A stretch of 62,790 bases of DNA from Raillietiella orientalis (taxonomy: Eukaryota), in the NCBI GenBank assembly GCA_036172245.1, contig JAYWIR010000114.1, forward strand, positions 62,001 to 124,790. The letters are read 5' to 3'. Below, piece by piece: positions 13,511 through 27,363 of this stretch. The translations under genes were made by a program, and so were the position numbers. Positions within the stretch are counted from its first letter, which is position 1, and the number at the start of each line of letters is the position of its first letter. The notes below the pieces were generated by a model, which saw only the letters and a program-made list of their open reading frames with translations, searched no databases and had not been told where the DNA came from.

Positions 13511-16500
13511 TGTGGTTTCTTATTGAAATTGATAACGCTGAAGTTCGTCTATGGCTTGTGATTTTGATGCTTTCTTTGATGATGGCATAGCTCTTATTGT
13601 GTTTCCACTGCTCTCTGGATAGTTTGGAAACAGGACAGTAGTACATAGTTTTTCATGATTGTTTTTCAGCATGAGCATTTTATTCAGCACTATAGTTTGG
13701 AGTGTAATTTGATGCATTGAGGAAACAAGTGCACTGTGAGATTGTTGCACAAAAAAATTCCAAATTGCAAGTTTTCGATTGATTCCTGGTAATTGTTTAA
13801 ATTATTGTCATGACAATTATGATGGTAGAAGGACTGCACTGACTGAATGTGGAAGCAAAATCAAAGTCTTTTGGTCTTAGAGTGCACCGCTTTTAAGATG
13901 ATGTGTTGTATCTATCCTGATTTACTATCTTTTCTTTTTGGTGTTTATGACATAGTTTGCGCTCTCAAAGTTGAGCATACGTTTATTTCCATGCACCAAA
14001 GCCAATATTGTTTTCTGTTTGCTAATCAGTGTGCTTCTGATCATAAGTTGGAAAGCTGTTGCTTAGTCATCCTACTGAACTGCAGATTCTATTGAGTCTT
14101 TGTTAGTATGCTGCTTCTAGTAAAATAATATAAGCCTTACAGATCAACGGGGTCATTACATGGCTTTCTTCAAGTTGTATGGAATTAGAAAACAAAGGAA
14201 AACTTGATACTGTAACACCTAATAAAGCAAACATTTCAATGGACTTATTCTTTGGAGGATATCTGGTTCCATGGTTATTGTGTGTGTGTGAAGGAACTTG
14301 TAACAGTGTTTCAGCCTGGTTTGACTTGCTGCTTTGCCTTTTTAAATGAGATTTACACATTGTTGTTGTATATTAACTTGCTAGTGCTTCCACCATCAAA
14401 TTTCTTCACATTCCAGCTTCTCAGAAGCTCTTTGATGCACTTACATTGTGGAACAACTGGTGGCCACAGCAAGTAGCATGAAATGGACACTCCCGTTTGT
14501 GTGTTTTTTCCTTACACTGGTGGTTTGTCCTGTAACCAGTTTGTAGCATTTATTACAATCACAAGCCAGTGGTACAACAAGATATTTTTGGAGGAAGGGA
14601 ATGATGGGTTCCAAACCAACTTGACAGTAATGGCATTCATTTATTGTGCAGGCTAATTGTGATGGGATGCACAGGGGTGATGTACTGGTAAGGAAACGTT
14701 TGTGGGAGACAACCATGCATCAAAAGAGTTGTCTCATCAATGCTTCTCCGCATTGAAATATCAACTTGGCAAAGAAAATTCTGTGGTAGCGGAAAACTGT
14801 TATGTATTTTGCTATGGATGCTCAGTTGCCATCGTTTGATAGTCGTTACCTTGGTTCGGAATGGTCCGTTCTTGGTTTTTGCAGGGAGAATCACTTTTTC
14901 GTTAAGTTCATTTAAGATGTCAATGATCCACAAAAGATGGGTCGTGTTCGAAAACCTCGAGAATGTTCTGATTCTATACCCCTGAATTTCCACAGTATGA
15001 ATTATTGGCAGTTTTCTGGGAAACTCCTAACATATGCGTGATCATTCTGCTCATTCAGAAAGTGCTAATTCAAACATTTAGTGCATCTTTGTATTGTATA
15101 AAGGAACTGGGCCTCTTTGAATTTGTGTTCTTTGCGAGTTTGTTGTAAGGTATTTTTTAAGCACTTAGAATCCATGCATCGTGATGCAATAAGTACAGAT
15201 TGTGAGGTTAGGTGCGACGTGAACAGTACCTTTTTTTTTTTTTTTTTTTTATCAGATTCATCGTCCGTGACAGTGATGGCGAACCTTTTTATTTGTGCGT
15301 GCCAATAATTTACAAATAATGTTTATCGAGATGCTAAGGTCATGGGGTTTGGAAAAAAAGGAAAGTTGCTCATAGCAGGATTTTAATAAAATAATTTGAA
15401 AGTTAAGGTAAAGTGATTCAAAGTAGCATAAAAAAATTCATGTATTCGGAACTTGATATATTTGAAAAATTAATGGAATTTTCGTTGTATTTTTGATGCT
15501 CAATGTTTTGCATCGGTTTCATATTTAGGGCATTGAAGTGTAGCATTTAATTGATTTGAATTTTAGCACGAATTATTAAAAAAACATTAGTATTGGAAGC
15601 TACTCGATGTCCAGTAACTGATTGTATTTGTGAATGATGTTTTTCATAATGTAAAAAGTCCAACCTCATGTAAGCACTCAACAAATCTTGGGAGGACCTT
15701 TCGACCACTTAACCATCGGACCTTGTTGTGCATAAGCAAGCCATTGTCCACTGCATGTATTTCATTGAATGATTCTAAAACTTTTCGTTTCTTTAAAGCG
15801 CGTGCAGTTATAAAAATTAACCCGTTTTGTTAGAAGGCTCATAATATCATCCACTGGCTTGAGACTTGGCTTTGCGCGTAAAACCTGCTGCTGTTTAAAC
15901 TGCAATGCAGTTTAGACCCAGAATTGAATGCCCAATGTGTTTGGTGAAAATTAACAAAGCCATTTTCCTCCTTATTCGTGCTTCGAACGCCATCAGTCAT
16001 TACTGATACAGTTTTAGAATGACATGTTTCTCTTTCATTAAGTGCGTGTGCAATCGTATTGCAATTTTGTATTCCTCTCGTTTTTGCTGCTAATGATTTT
16101 ATGTCCATGAACCCTTGAAGTTCTTAGTAGAATGTGACATGTAAATTGCTAAACAAGAGGATCCAGTGATGTCTGCACTTTTATCAAGACTAAGAGAGAT
16201 TTAGGCGGAAGACTTTCATTTGAATCTTCTGCCTATACGTCGAATTTTAAGCCATTTCCAATATTCCGTTTTTTATGTTGTTTGTGGCCAATGGCATATG
16301 TTTTATTCTTGGAATGATGTTCCTCTTGTTCTCCAAATCTTCAGAGAACTGGTATACAATTTAAGCATGCTCCTTTATACATTCACCATTATTAAAAGGT
16401 TTTCCGTGTTTGGCAATTACATGCGAGTCAAAAACATTAGCGGCAGTTATATCGGAAATCGTTCCAGGAACGATTTCCGATAAAGTCCATCAGGGCATTT

Positions 16501-16865
16501 GATTGAATGTTTCCGTTTTCAATTGCCTGAGCAATGAATCTTTTGTGGTCGTCTTTTCTCAAGGGGCGATTTATGTTTCCTCTCATAATGGTGACGTCCT
16601 ACATACAACTAACTGTTCCTGAAAATACAACACACAGCTTTATGATCTTCGTGAAGCGTGCCATAATGTTTAGTCCACCAGGTTTGGGAATGTCAGTTGC
16701 TGGATTCAGATGGGTTTTGTTTTCCATTTTGGCTAGTCAAATCGAAATAGTGAAGGAGATGATTCATCGGTGGAGAGGAAGTTTTGGATAAGTGTTGTGG
16801 CATGGGTCTTTCACCCGGGTGAGCCGGAGCTTTTATTATTAAAATTTTTGACATCGACAGAAATT

Positions 16866-17264
16866 TCATAGCAAAGTCTTTTTTGTTAAGTCTTTTAGGT
16901 CAGCACTGTAATTGTTTCTGTATTTTGGCATGGGTGCGACTGGAGGGACGGGATTTTTGAGTGATGAGTTGATTGTTTCAGATGGAGGAATGGGTGGTCC
17001 TTTCCTCGGTGGAAACGTTCTGCTTTCACGACCCTTGGTTTTTCGATCCGACTTGGGCGGGCGGCTGTAATCGTAGGAAGTTATCACTGCTTGTTTGCAT
17101 TGTAACTGCAGCTCTGAGAATGAGTCTGGTAGCTGCTGGTGTTGAACCGCTTTTGAAAAAGTTAAAAACGGGGAAACGTACCTCTCCAATTCGCTTCTCG
17201 TGCATTCAGTTCGTATGTCCTTTCGGAGGCTTGTGGAAGAGTAGACACTCAGATAATCTGGCAT
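16866..17264 (-). CDS. Possible terminal exon or remnant of a host gene (Pro-rich C-terminus), product unknown
   Basis: 132-aa open frame in AT-rich DNA with protein-like composition (PPRKGPPIPPS...PVPPVAPMPKY). Minus-strand AATAAA at 16832-16837, ~30 nt after the stop. No family recognised. Confidence 0.3.
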   Translation of the reverse strand: MPDYLSVYSSTSLRKDIRTECTRSELERYVSPFLTFSKAVQHQQLPDSFSELQLQCKQAVITSYDYSRPPKSDRKTKGRESRTFPPRKGPPIPPSETINSSLKNPVPPVAPMPKYRNNYSADLKDLTKKTLL

Positions 17265-17279
17265 CTTGCCAGATTATCT
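17251..17279. repeat. Perfect inverted repeat, 13-bp arms
   Basis: AGATAATCTGGCA-tct-TGCCAGATTATCT. Confidence 0.9.
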
Positions 17280-18171
17280 TTGTCCGCATGGAAACCCATG
17301 GAGTCGTACCCTTTAGAATTTCGCTTCTTCATTTTTTTATCCAGATGTTGCTGCGTAAACCGATGTAGCTCTAAAGACACGTGATATCCAGAATCGCAAA
17401 TTACTTTTCTTTGGAATGCACTTCTGTAAAGGTACATTTGTCTGAGGTGCGATACCGAACAAGATACGTGAGCAGCGTATTGATGCGAAGCATCCCCACT
17501 TCCAGCAGCACCAAGGGAGCTCTTTGATTTCCGTTCTTCCCTTCACTGATAAATGCTTACGTGCAGAATGAATCAGTTCCCCCCTGAAAAGCAAAGTAAC
17601 ACAAATACATGAATGTTTGAGATGACGTCTCACCCACAGGCACATTTCTATTCGGTGAAGACAATGGAAATTTAGTTAATGATGGGCTCGTTAAGAATCA
17701 GACAGACCTGGGACTTCATGTCGTGTTCTCGTCACCACGAATACGGTTCGTCACCCATCATAGAGTAGACGTTGGAATTATCTCCTGAAGCACATATCTT
17801 GAAGTAGTGTTGCTCACCGTTGCGAAGGCAAGTCACGCATATGGCATGGAAGTGCTACGTGAATAGCAAGCATGCGAGAGGTCGAGCTTTCAAAGGGTAG
17901 CAAGCAAACGCCAATTAGGGAAATGCGAAAACATTTCCCCAAAGACGTCTGCGCAACTGCCATCGCCTACGTGGTACCTTTTAGCATGAGTCAAGCACAA
18001 ATACGAAATGCGATCCTTTAACACGTTGGGACCTACAGGTGCGTCAGCGAAAAGGTGTCGTTAGCGGCTGCGTACTAACGACTGCAATTTCCCTATACAG
18101 TTGTCTGGCCTTCGCCTTCTTATCTCTTGCTGCTGAGTCATGATCTCTGTGAGATCTTAACCTAAGTGGTA

Positions 18172-20472
18172 ACCGTCGATACGCCGTTCTTCCCCTGGCG
18201 TCCCGGGAATACCTAATCTCGTCCAGGATGTTCAAGTCACCCACGACGATGATGATGTCCTTCGGTGCTACTCCTTTGCGGAGTTCTTGTACTTTCTCCG
18301 CGCATCGCTGTTTCAATTTATGCGGGCCATACACGTTCAGTAGTAAAAGGTGTACGTTACTGGACCAGGACAGTCGCACGCCGATTATCCTGCCAGTTAC
18401 CGGACAGATGGTTTCCAGAATGGTGTGGGCTAGCTCGTTCTTGATGAGACTCGCCACATCCATGGTACTCTTCTGTTCTTCGCTGGCGAACAGTTGTTCG
18501 TTTAAACGGCGTTCTATCTCCAGGGTGATCTGATGCCCGATACGGTGGGCTTCTGAAATGGAAAGCACATCTTGTCTTGCGATGGTCCGGATGCCACTTT
18601 TGCTCTTGCCTTCGTTAGTAGGGCCATTGAGGTTCCAGGAGGCGATGTTAATTCACCTGACGGTGGACAGCCACGAGGCCTAAAACGGGTTTATTTACTT
18701 GTTTTTCTTGCTTTTCTTAGCATCTGCTGGGGAGACCTTTGCTGTTTCCCTGCAGAAGAAGCGGGTTTCTCACTACCGGCATCGCTCTCGGTGCTGGTGT
18801 GGTAGGTGGACTCTGGTTATTCCACGGAGCGTTCCGCCATGGCGATCACTTTGTGCGGGAGGGTCTCTAGCGAGACCGTCGCACAGTAGGCCGCCTTGAC
18901 ATCGCAAAGCTGGGTCTCCAGTTTCTCCCGCTCCGGCTCCACACCCATGCGGTTGACGTTCTCATGGGTCTCGCAGATGCGGTTCAGTAGTTGCTGCTGC
19001 TGCGCCTCTGTCCGGATTTGACGGATTTCTTCCGCAAGCTTGACCACCTCCTCCGTGAGCTGCAGGGCATCCTGCGTCTCCGTGGTGGGTTCTGGCCTTT
19101 TCGCCTCCTGAATTTCTTCCGCAACCTCCATCGACTCGCCTTCCACAGCTTCTACTTCCGGGGTAAGAAGAGTTTGCTGCTCCCTGACGAGCATCTTCCT
19201 CTTCCCTTTTTTCCCGACCTTTACAAACCCGTCCGCCTAAACCGGGGCGGCCTCCTTCGCCTTACTCTGCTTTTGTATTTGAGGTTTTATCACCTCCGCA
19301 TCACCCTTTCCCTCACGGAGGATTCGCCTCTCATCCTCCGGTAGTTGGCGTACTCCGGACGACTCCATTTCGCATGCCCGGTTTGTTTGCAAAAGGAGCA
19401 AAGTTCGGTCATGCTGCAGTTTCGGACCTGAACGCCCTGCTTCCCACAACGAAAACATCGCAACCTAGGGCATGCGCCCATCAGGTATCCAAAGTTTTTG
19501 CAACCGGTACAAAATATCGGCTGCTGCGTATATCGAATAGAGACATCTTGGAATGCCTCGTCGATATATCATTTCTGGGGATTTGAGCCCCCTCTTTCAG
19601 CTTCATCTTGATGAGCTCGCCTGAGTAGATGTTACCGGATATATTCTGGGTTTTCATCTCCAGAATTTCTCCGTACTGCGATAGGAAGTCCCAAACCGTT
19701 TCTCGTTCGGTGAGTATTCCTATCTCGTTTTACGAATACGGTCGTGTAAGGCATTTCGCCAATGCCTTGGACCATCTTCCCCTGTATATTAATCCTCATC
19801 TCAATTAGGGTCTCTCCCAGGATTTCGCAATCCGTGTACAAGATGAATCCCGCTGAATTCCGGATGATCGCTTGAAGGCGATCGAAATCAGCATTGGTCT
19901 TGTATAAGGCACAGTACACCCCTTTTACATTGTTAAACCGGATTAATCCGGTTTTGAAAATCGTTGGTTTCTATGCCGGACGAAGACGAACCATCGGTTC
20001 TTTACACTTTGTGATGGTTTCGCTTCCGGCTTACGAATTTTCTGTTCGGCTGGGCACTGGTCTGTCCTGCCGCCATCGTCGCATAAGATAACGGCTGCAC
20101 CCCCGCAGCCAAGCAAGATGGCGTCGCACCTTGTACCATGAGCACCGCGTGGACGTCCACGGGTCCCGCGTGGGGCGCAGCCGCCGCGGGCGCAACCCTC
20201 GGCGTTGCCGCCGTTATCGCTGCCGCAGGCGGAAGCCTCGGCATCGCCGCCGCGGGCGCGATCCTCGGCGTCGTCGCCGCGGTAACGACCTCTACGGTCG
20301 TTGCTGCGGGCACGACCTTTGGCATCGCCGCAGCCGGCGAAGAAATTGGCGCCTCGAGCGCGATCGTCGGCATCGGCGCCGCCTCGCCATTGCCGTACTG
20401 TAACTCCATCTCCATGGGAGACGTCGGCCTCTCCGCTCCTCTTCCTTCCTGTATCCTTCCGGCCACCGCCAA
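18172..20472 (-). mobile_element. Array unit E0: decayed family A-like element, truncated at both ends (most of ORF1 + endonuclease N-terminal part)
   Basis: Ala/Pro repeats, FDRLQAII, CFRCGKQG, LNRICE, then LLNVYGPH/VGDLN. Many frameshifts; homology stops at AYRRL (~18172). Confidence 0.9.
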
Positions 20473-23400
20473 CCTTCGCCATGTTGGTAAACACCAGCAC
20501 CACGTCCTCGATGACGTATCGGCTGAGTCCTATGGTGGCTTGTGCACACTTGACATTGTCCGACATGTGACGACCGGGCACCGCGCATGTCTGGACCGGA
20601 GATATAAGCCGCGGCATGACCTTGCCTAAGCGGTTGGCCCAGATCTTCGCCAACCACTTGGCAACGGAGTTCAGGATCGAGATTGGCCTTCATTGAGTGA
20701 CCTGCGTGAGGTCACCGCCTTTCGGCAACAATCTCATCCGACACTTGCTGAAGGACTTTGGTATTGTTCCTTCTTCTTTGATGCATAGTGTCAGCTGGAG
20801 GAACAGTCGCCGGTAGGCATGCAGATACCTCTGATAGTGAGAGATTGGCATACTATCAGGGCCTGCCGCCACATCCTTGCGAAGTTCCTGGAACGCAGCT
20901 TTCACTTCTTCATCGGAGATATCTTCTTCCAGCATCTTCTTGCTCTTCTCGTCAAGCCGGTTTTCTAGATGTTTCAGGAATCCTCGTTCATAGGTCACGT
21001 CCAGTTGTTTCATGCGGAAGTGTTCTGCATAATGCCTGTGGAAGGCTTCTGCGATGTCTTCCGTCTTGTTCCTCGTTTGGCCTGCGTACTGGATGCTGAA
21101 GATATTTGTTGCCAGATTCTTCTTCTCCAGTACGCCAACTTCACCCTTGATGTTGTTGAAGACGTACCGGCTCTAGTACTGTTGCCAGTACTTGGAGAGC
21201 GAGCGATTTTGGATGTTGAGCTCGCGGTACGCCTCCTGCCTCAGTCTCTTGTCTCCAAACTGCATATTGCAGAAGAAATGGATGCGGTGCTTGAGGCTGT
21301 CCCAATCGGCGACCCTGCTGATGGTTGTGGTTTGCAGGATCACCTCCATCAGATCTTGATGATGGGGATGGGTCTCGAACCATTGGGGCATGGTGAGAAT
21401 GGCCTCCCTCGTTGCCTTGCTCCGTCGAGGGTTTTCCGTCCGCAAGGTGAACCTCATCAACGGATGATCGGACACAGAGTGTGGCCTGTCACGAAAACCG
21501 AGGACTCGCTTCCCAATGTCGGAGCTATAGAGGACGTGGTCGATCGGCTTCTGGCTTGCTGTTAACCACTGGAGTCTGAACTCGTCGGAAAGCCGCCGAT
21601 ACGCCTCTCTTCCTCTGACGTCCCGGAAATCGATGACATCATCCAGGATGTTGAAGTCCCCAACGATGATGACGATGTCCTTCGCCTGCACTTTGTGGCG
21701 GAGGGCTCCATGGAGCACTTCCCCGCACTTGTTCTTCAGGTGATGCGGCCCATAAACGTTCACCAGGAACAGGTGAATGTTCGCGACCAGGACAATCGTG
21801 AGACGAGAATTCTGCCAGGTACGGGACAGAAGACTTCCAGGATGGTGGCGGCAAGATGGTTCTTGACTGCCGTTGTCACCCCCATGGTGTATCTCTGTCC
21901 CACGATGGTGAACAGTTGGACGTTCATTCGTCTCTCCAATTCCAGGCTGATCTGCTGCCCCATCTCGTGGGTTTCCTGCAGGCAAACGATGTGGAAGTGC
22001 CTCATCTTGTGGACTATTCTTCGTCTTCGCCCCGGGTCTGGCATTCCATAAGTGTTCTAGGAGGTGATGTTTAGTCTCCTGGGTGTCCACAAGGATGAGG
22101 CCATAAAGGGGCGGTGTTAGTTTTTGGCCTTTCTCAGCTTCTTCTGGCGGCGAAACCTTTCTCTCCTCATCGCCGTGGAAGCTGGCTTCTCACTTCAGGC
22201 GTCGCTCTCCGTGCCGGCTTGATCGGTCTACTCATTGTCCAACTCCTTAGAGCGCTTACCCTTGGAGACTGTTTTGTGCCGAAGGGTCTCCAGAGAGACC
22301 TTCGCACAGTAGGCCGCCTTGACTGTGAAAAGCTTGTTCTCCAGCTTTTCACGCTCTTCTGGGATTACGAGGGCGTTGATCCCCTCCTGGTTTTCCGCAA
22401 TGCGAGTCAGGATGTTCTCCTGCTGCACCTTGGTCAACTCTCCCTGCACCTCCTCGGCAAGCTGCACCACCTCCTCGGGGAGCTTCGCCGCCTCCTGCGA
22501 TGCCGGAACCACTTCGGCAATTTCCATAACCTCAGCTTCCGGGACTCCCTTCTACACGACAACCTGCTGTTCCTCTATTTCGCCAACCTGCTTCTCGGCC
22601 TGTGCAGAGGAGGAGTCTGGCTCTCTCACGAGCATTCACATCTTGCCGCCCTTTCCCACCGTTGTAAAGCCGTCCTCAGAAACCGGAGCTGCCTCCTTCA
22701 CCTTCCTCTTCTTCAGTGCTCTTTGAGGCTTGATGACCTCCTCCAGCACTCGCACCCTGACTGGGGACTGACCCCGCATGGTCCGATAGTTCGCAAACTC
22801 GGGGTAGCACCATTTTGCATGGCCTGGGGCCTTCCAAAACGAGCATACCTCCGGCATGCTACAGTCACGGACTTGATGGCCTTGCTTCCCACAACGGAAG
22901 CACTTCAACTTTGGGCAGACTCGCTGCCGGTGATCAAAATTCCTGCAGCCGTTGCAGAACACCGGCTGAGCTCGGTATCGCACGGACACTCCGAATTCTT
23001 CCCCCTCGAAATGGATGGTCCCAGGAACCTGGGCATCCTCCAACAACTTGATTTTTACGGTCGCCTCCCCCGAGAAGATCTTCCCAGAAATGTGAAAGTT
23101 GCAGTCTAGTACCTCGCCGTACTGCGACAGTCGCCTCCACACAGCCTTTTGGGTTTGAACGGCCCAAGCCCGCTCAGGAATAAGGTGGTGTACGGCATTT
23201 CGCCGATCCCACACACCATCCTGCCTTGTATGTTAATTCCTTTTTCGATGAACTCCTGGCGGAGTTCATCGCACTCCGTGTAGATCGTGAACCCGAATGG
23301 CCCGGGTACGATCGCCTGCAACTTATCAAAGTCTACCTGTTGCTTAAATAGCGCCCGGTAGACTTCCCTGATGTTGTGCATCCTTATTAATCCAGTCCTG

Positions 23401-23669
23401 AACGTGACTGTCTTTACGTTTTTGCCCAACTTTACGATGGGCTCGTCAACGTCCCTAATCGGCCCGGACTCGGGCTTTCCAAATTTTCTCTGCGGCTGGG
23501 TTGTTGTCGTCCCAGCCGCCACTGCCGCATACGAGAATGTCGCCTCCGCCGGCGGCCGCCCCACGGTCGCAGCCGCCGGGCAAGATGGCGTCGCGCCACT
23601 AGCTATGGTGGGGCCTACGGGCCCTAGCGTCGCTCCGGCAATCGCCGTCGCCGGGGACCCTGCCGCTGC
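20473..23669 (-). mobile_element. Array unit E1: family B-like element, 5'- and 3'-truncated
   Basis: Partial ORF1 (three knuckles, 22636-23564 fragments). ORF2 ATG at 22104; ORF2 runs through the EN domain to RT motif LVFTNM, where it fuses to E0 ORF1. Confidence 0.9.
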
Positions 23670-23711
23670 CGCCTTCCTCGCCTATGATTTTCCCCAAGTC
23701 CCACAAGGGGT
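23670..23711 (-). ncRNA. Partial U4 snRNA-like module (5' ~42 nt only)
   Basis: ACCCCTTGTGGGACTTGGGGAAAATCATAGGCGAGGAAGGCG matches the 5' part of the other junction modules and is fused to E1 ORF1. Confidence 0.7.
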
Positions 23712-23836
23712 GGGTTAAATTTATTTTCCTATTTAAATAACATTCACACTACAATTTCACATTCGCACTCTCATTCACTCGTTATACTACCACATTTTCT
23801 CTTTGAAGTTCTTTGGGGTCACTAGAGTTCTGCTTT

Positions 23837-26800
23837 TCAGGGTGTGATACCAGCTGGATGGTCCCTACCGTCGTCCTCGATCCTCTTCAGGATTAATCTG
23901 TACGTCCAGGCTTGGATCCTTCCACAGTTTCTGATGCTGATTTCCTTCTTCAGGAGTCCCAGGAGGATCTCCATTGGAGGTGCGGCTCTCCTGGCTTTCC
24001 TCATCTTCCTTCACCGCACAAGTATGGCGGTGATGAAGAGGGCGATGGTCGTCCTCAACATGGGATTGTAACAGGGAACATTACCATTTCCCTGAAACAT
24101 CCCGGCGAAGATCTCCATTACGGAGATGGTGGTCCGTCCGATGATCCTTTTCAGGATCAGCCAGTCGTGAAGCAGTGTGGGACACGTCAAGATGTGAAGT
24201 CTTGTGTCGATGTCACCACACGCTGTGCAGTCTCTGTCTTCCCTTCTTCTCGTGAAGTGTTGTTGCCTGGACCCCGTCAGGATTCCTCCATGGTAAAACA
24301 TCAGGAGGTTGTCCTGGGTGTCTGGCTGAAGGTCACTCCTCCAGAGCGTTGTGCCGATTGCCAACAGCTGGATGCGATCGCTCCCGTAGCGGTCGGCGGC
24401 TTCTTGGAGGGCACTGGTGTCTTTCTCGTCGTCTCTGATCTTCTTACGGAGGTTCATTGTGGTCATCTTCGACCACGCGAAGTCGTTGTGGTTAATCCAC
24501 ACCTCGCGGGTCTGGTGGGTGAACCTCCCTAGCATCATCTCTATGTACCGGAGTACACGACAATGATGTAGGTATCCTCCTCGGCGCCATTCCTGGATCC
24601 GTTGCAGGGTAGCTCTGGGCCGCTGGAAGATCCAGCTACTTGTCTCCGGAGGCACCGGAAGATTCCAAGGGATCATCAGGATGGATTCCTCCTGCCACAG
24701 TTCCCTGGTTCTTGGGACGATCTTCATCTTGTGCTTTCGCACGAGCCGTTGTTTTCGTCTCTATGTCGGGTCGATGGAGATCCATTCTCCTGCTCTGCCT
24801 AGCAGCGCAGTCATCAGGCCTTTCGAGGTGTTTCGCAACAACCCGAAAGCCCTGTGCGCCGCATATGGCCAGTGATCCCAGTGAGTGGCCATGTCCAGGA
24901 TGTGTCGCGTATCAATGATTTCCATGGAATGTGCAGGCGACTTCATCACGGAACCGCCTTCTTCCCTGGGACGACACAGGGGTTTAAGACGAACTCTTGG
25001 GAGGTAGTGGAACCACAGTGTTTTGCGCTGCTGCTTCTCTACTTCTCTCGTGGTTTCTTTATTCATTCTTGCGAAGGCCGCCCCCAAGAGTACCTTTGGA
25101 AGAAGTACTCCGTTCCACAGGTTGGCTCTTCGCTTCATGTTAAAGTCCACTCGAGTGTACTTTGCTGCTTCCTTGGCCGTTTTCCCTAGGATTTCCGTCC
25201 ACACCAGCTTCGACGCAGAGTCGTCGCCGATGTAGATTCCCAGGTACTTGACCGTATCCGCCGTACGGAATCCACTCCCCGTGAGAGCGGAGAGGTCCAG
25301 GATTCCCACGGGCAAAAGCTGACTCTTCTGGACGTTGATCTTCAGGTTGTTCCATGAGGTCTACCACATCCAGGAACGCTCGTTGATACCTCTCTCCGTT
25401 GATGAAGAATAGGAGATCATCCGGGTACGCTAAATGGGTAAGTTGCTGACCATCGATGGAAATTCCATTTAGGCGTCCGTTCCTCTCGATGTAAGAGGAC
25501 AGCGCCTCCATATAGATCACGAACAGCGACGAACTTAGCGAGTCGCCCTGCCGGACTCCCCGTTCCATCCTGATTGCTCCAGTCTCTTGACCGTTGATTT
25601 TGATACGGTATTACTGGTTTTGGAGTACCGCCCTCACGAAGTTGCTGAAGTGTACCGGAAGTCCTATCTTCTCCAGAACCTTCAGCAGCATACCGTGGTC
25701 GATGGAGTCTAAGGCCTTCTCCATGACGGTGAACACCAGCACCAGGTTCTCGCCGACGTATCGGCTGAGTCCCACGGTGGCCTGGACACCCTTGACATTG
25801 TCCGACATGTGTCCTCCTGGGACTGCACATGTCTGGACCGGAGAGATCAGCTTCGACATGACCCTGCCTAAGCGGTTGCACCAGATTTTCGTCAACCACT
25901 TGGCATCTGAGTTCAGGACGGAGATTGGCCTTCATTGAGCGACCTGCGTGAGGTCAACTCCTTTTGGCAACAATCTCATCCGACTCTCGCAGAAGGACTG
26001 TGGTAGACAACTTTCTTCGCGGATGCAGAGTATCAACTGGTGGAACAAACGCAGGTAGGCGTGCAGGTACCGCTGATAGTGCGAGATGGGTACACTATCA
26101 GGGCCTGCTGCCACATCCTTGCGAAGCTGCCCAAACGCAGTCTTCACTTCCTCTTCGGAGAACTCCTCCTCCAGTCTACTTCTTTGGAGGTCGTCCGTCC
26201 TCTTCTCGAGGTAACCCAGGAAGGCTTGCTGACTCGAGCGGCAGAGATCTTGTCGTCGGAAGTGTCTCGCGTAGTGCCTATGAAAGGCTTCCACAATATC
26301 CTGCGACGAGTGCCGCTCTTGGCCGTCGTACTGGATGCAGAAGATATCTGTTGCCAGATTCCTCTTTTCCAGCACGCCGACCTCCCCTTTCGTATTCTGG
26401 AAGACGTACCGACTCTCGTACTGATCGAAGTATTTCGAGAGGGAGCGATCTTGGATGTTCAGCTCCCGGTACGCTTCCTGCCTCATGCGCTTACAAAAAT
26501 ACTGCATGTTGCAGAAGAGATGGATTCTGTGCTTCAAACGGTCCCAGTCGGCGACCCTGCGGATGGTAGTATCTTGCAGGATCGCCTCGATGACTTCCTG
26601 GTTACCGGGAAGCGTTTCGAACCAGGCGGGCATGCAGATGAGCGCCGCCCTGGTGGCCTTTTCTTTACGAGGATTCTCAGTGCGGAGTGTAAACCGTAGC
26701 AATGGGTGATCGGACAACAGGTGTGGGATGTCACGAAAACCCTGGATGCGGTTGTCTATCTCCGCACTGTGGAGGACGTGATCGATCGGCTTGTGGCTAG

Positions 26801-27347
26801 CTGTTCGCCACACAAGTCCGAACTCGTCGGACAGCCGCCGATACGCCGCTCTTCCCCTTGCATCCTGAGAATACTTGATTTCATCAAGGATGTTGAAATC
26901 CCCAGCGACGATGACTATGTCCTTCGGTGCAACTCGTTTGCGGAGTTCTTCTTGCTGCTTCTCCGCGCACCGATGCTTGATCTTGTGCGGTCCGTAAACG
27001 TTCACCAGGAAGAGGTGAACGTTACTGGACCAGGACAGTCGCACGCCGATTACTCTGCCAGGTACCGGACAGAAGGTTTCCAAAATGGTGTGGGCGAGCT
27101 CGTTCTTGATGAGGATCCCCACCCCCATGGTCTTCTTCTTTCCTTCGCTGGCGAACAGTTGTCCGTCGAATCGGCGTTCCATCTCCAGGGCGTTCTGCTG
27201 CCCAAGACGGTGGATTTCTTGTAGGCACACCACATCCTGTCTTGCGATGGTCCGCATGACACTTTTTCTCTTTCCCTGGTCCGTCTGTCCATTCACATTC
27301 CAGGAGGCGATGTTAATCCTCCTGGCACTGGACAGCGAGGAGGCCAT
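23837..27347 (-). pseudogene. E2 ORF2 (APE-RT-Zn finger), interrupted
   Basis: IASWNVNG, CLQE, VNVYGP, AGDFN, IDHV, SDHP; QGDSLS; YPDD; KYLG; CTAC...HILTC. Stops at 25932, 25611 and others. Confidence 0.9.
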
Positions 27348-27363
27348 GAAAGGGGAGAGAGTC

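Noticed and set aside
14643..14692. Possible 36-nt + strand exon (TTGTGCAG...GTAAGG)
   Set aside because: Splice-like signals only, with no supporting neighbouring exons or recognisable peptide.
11000..16791. Short ORFs in the AT-rich core
   Set aside because: 60-120 aa, mostly non-ATG starts, random composition, no motifs.
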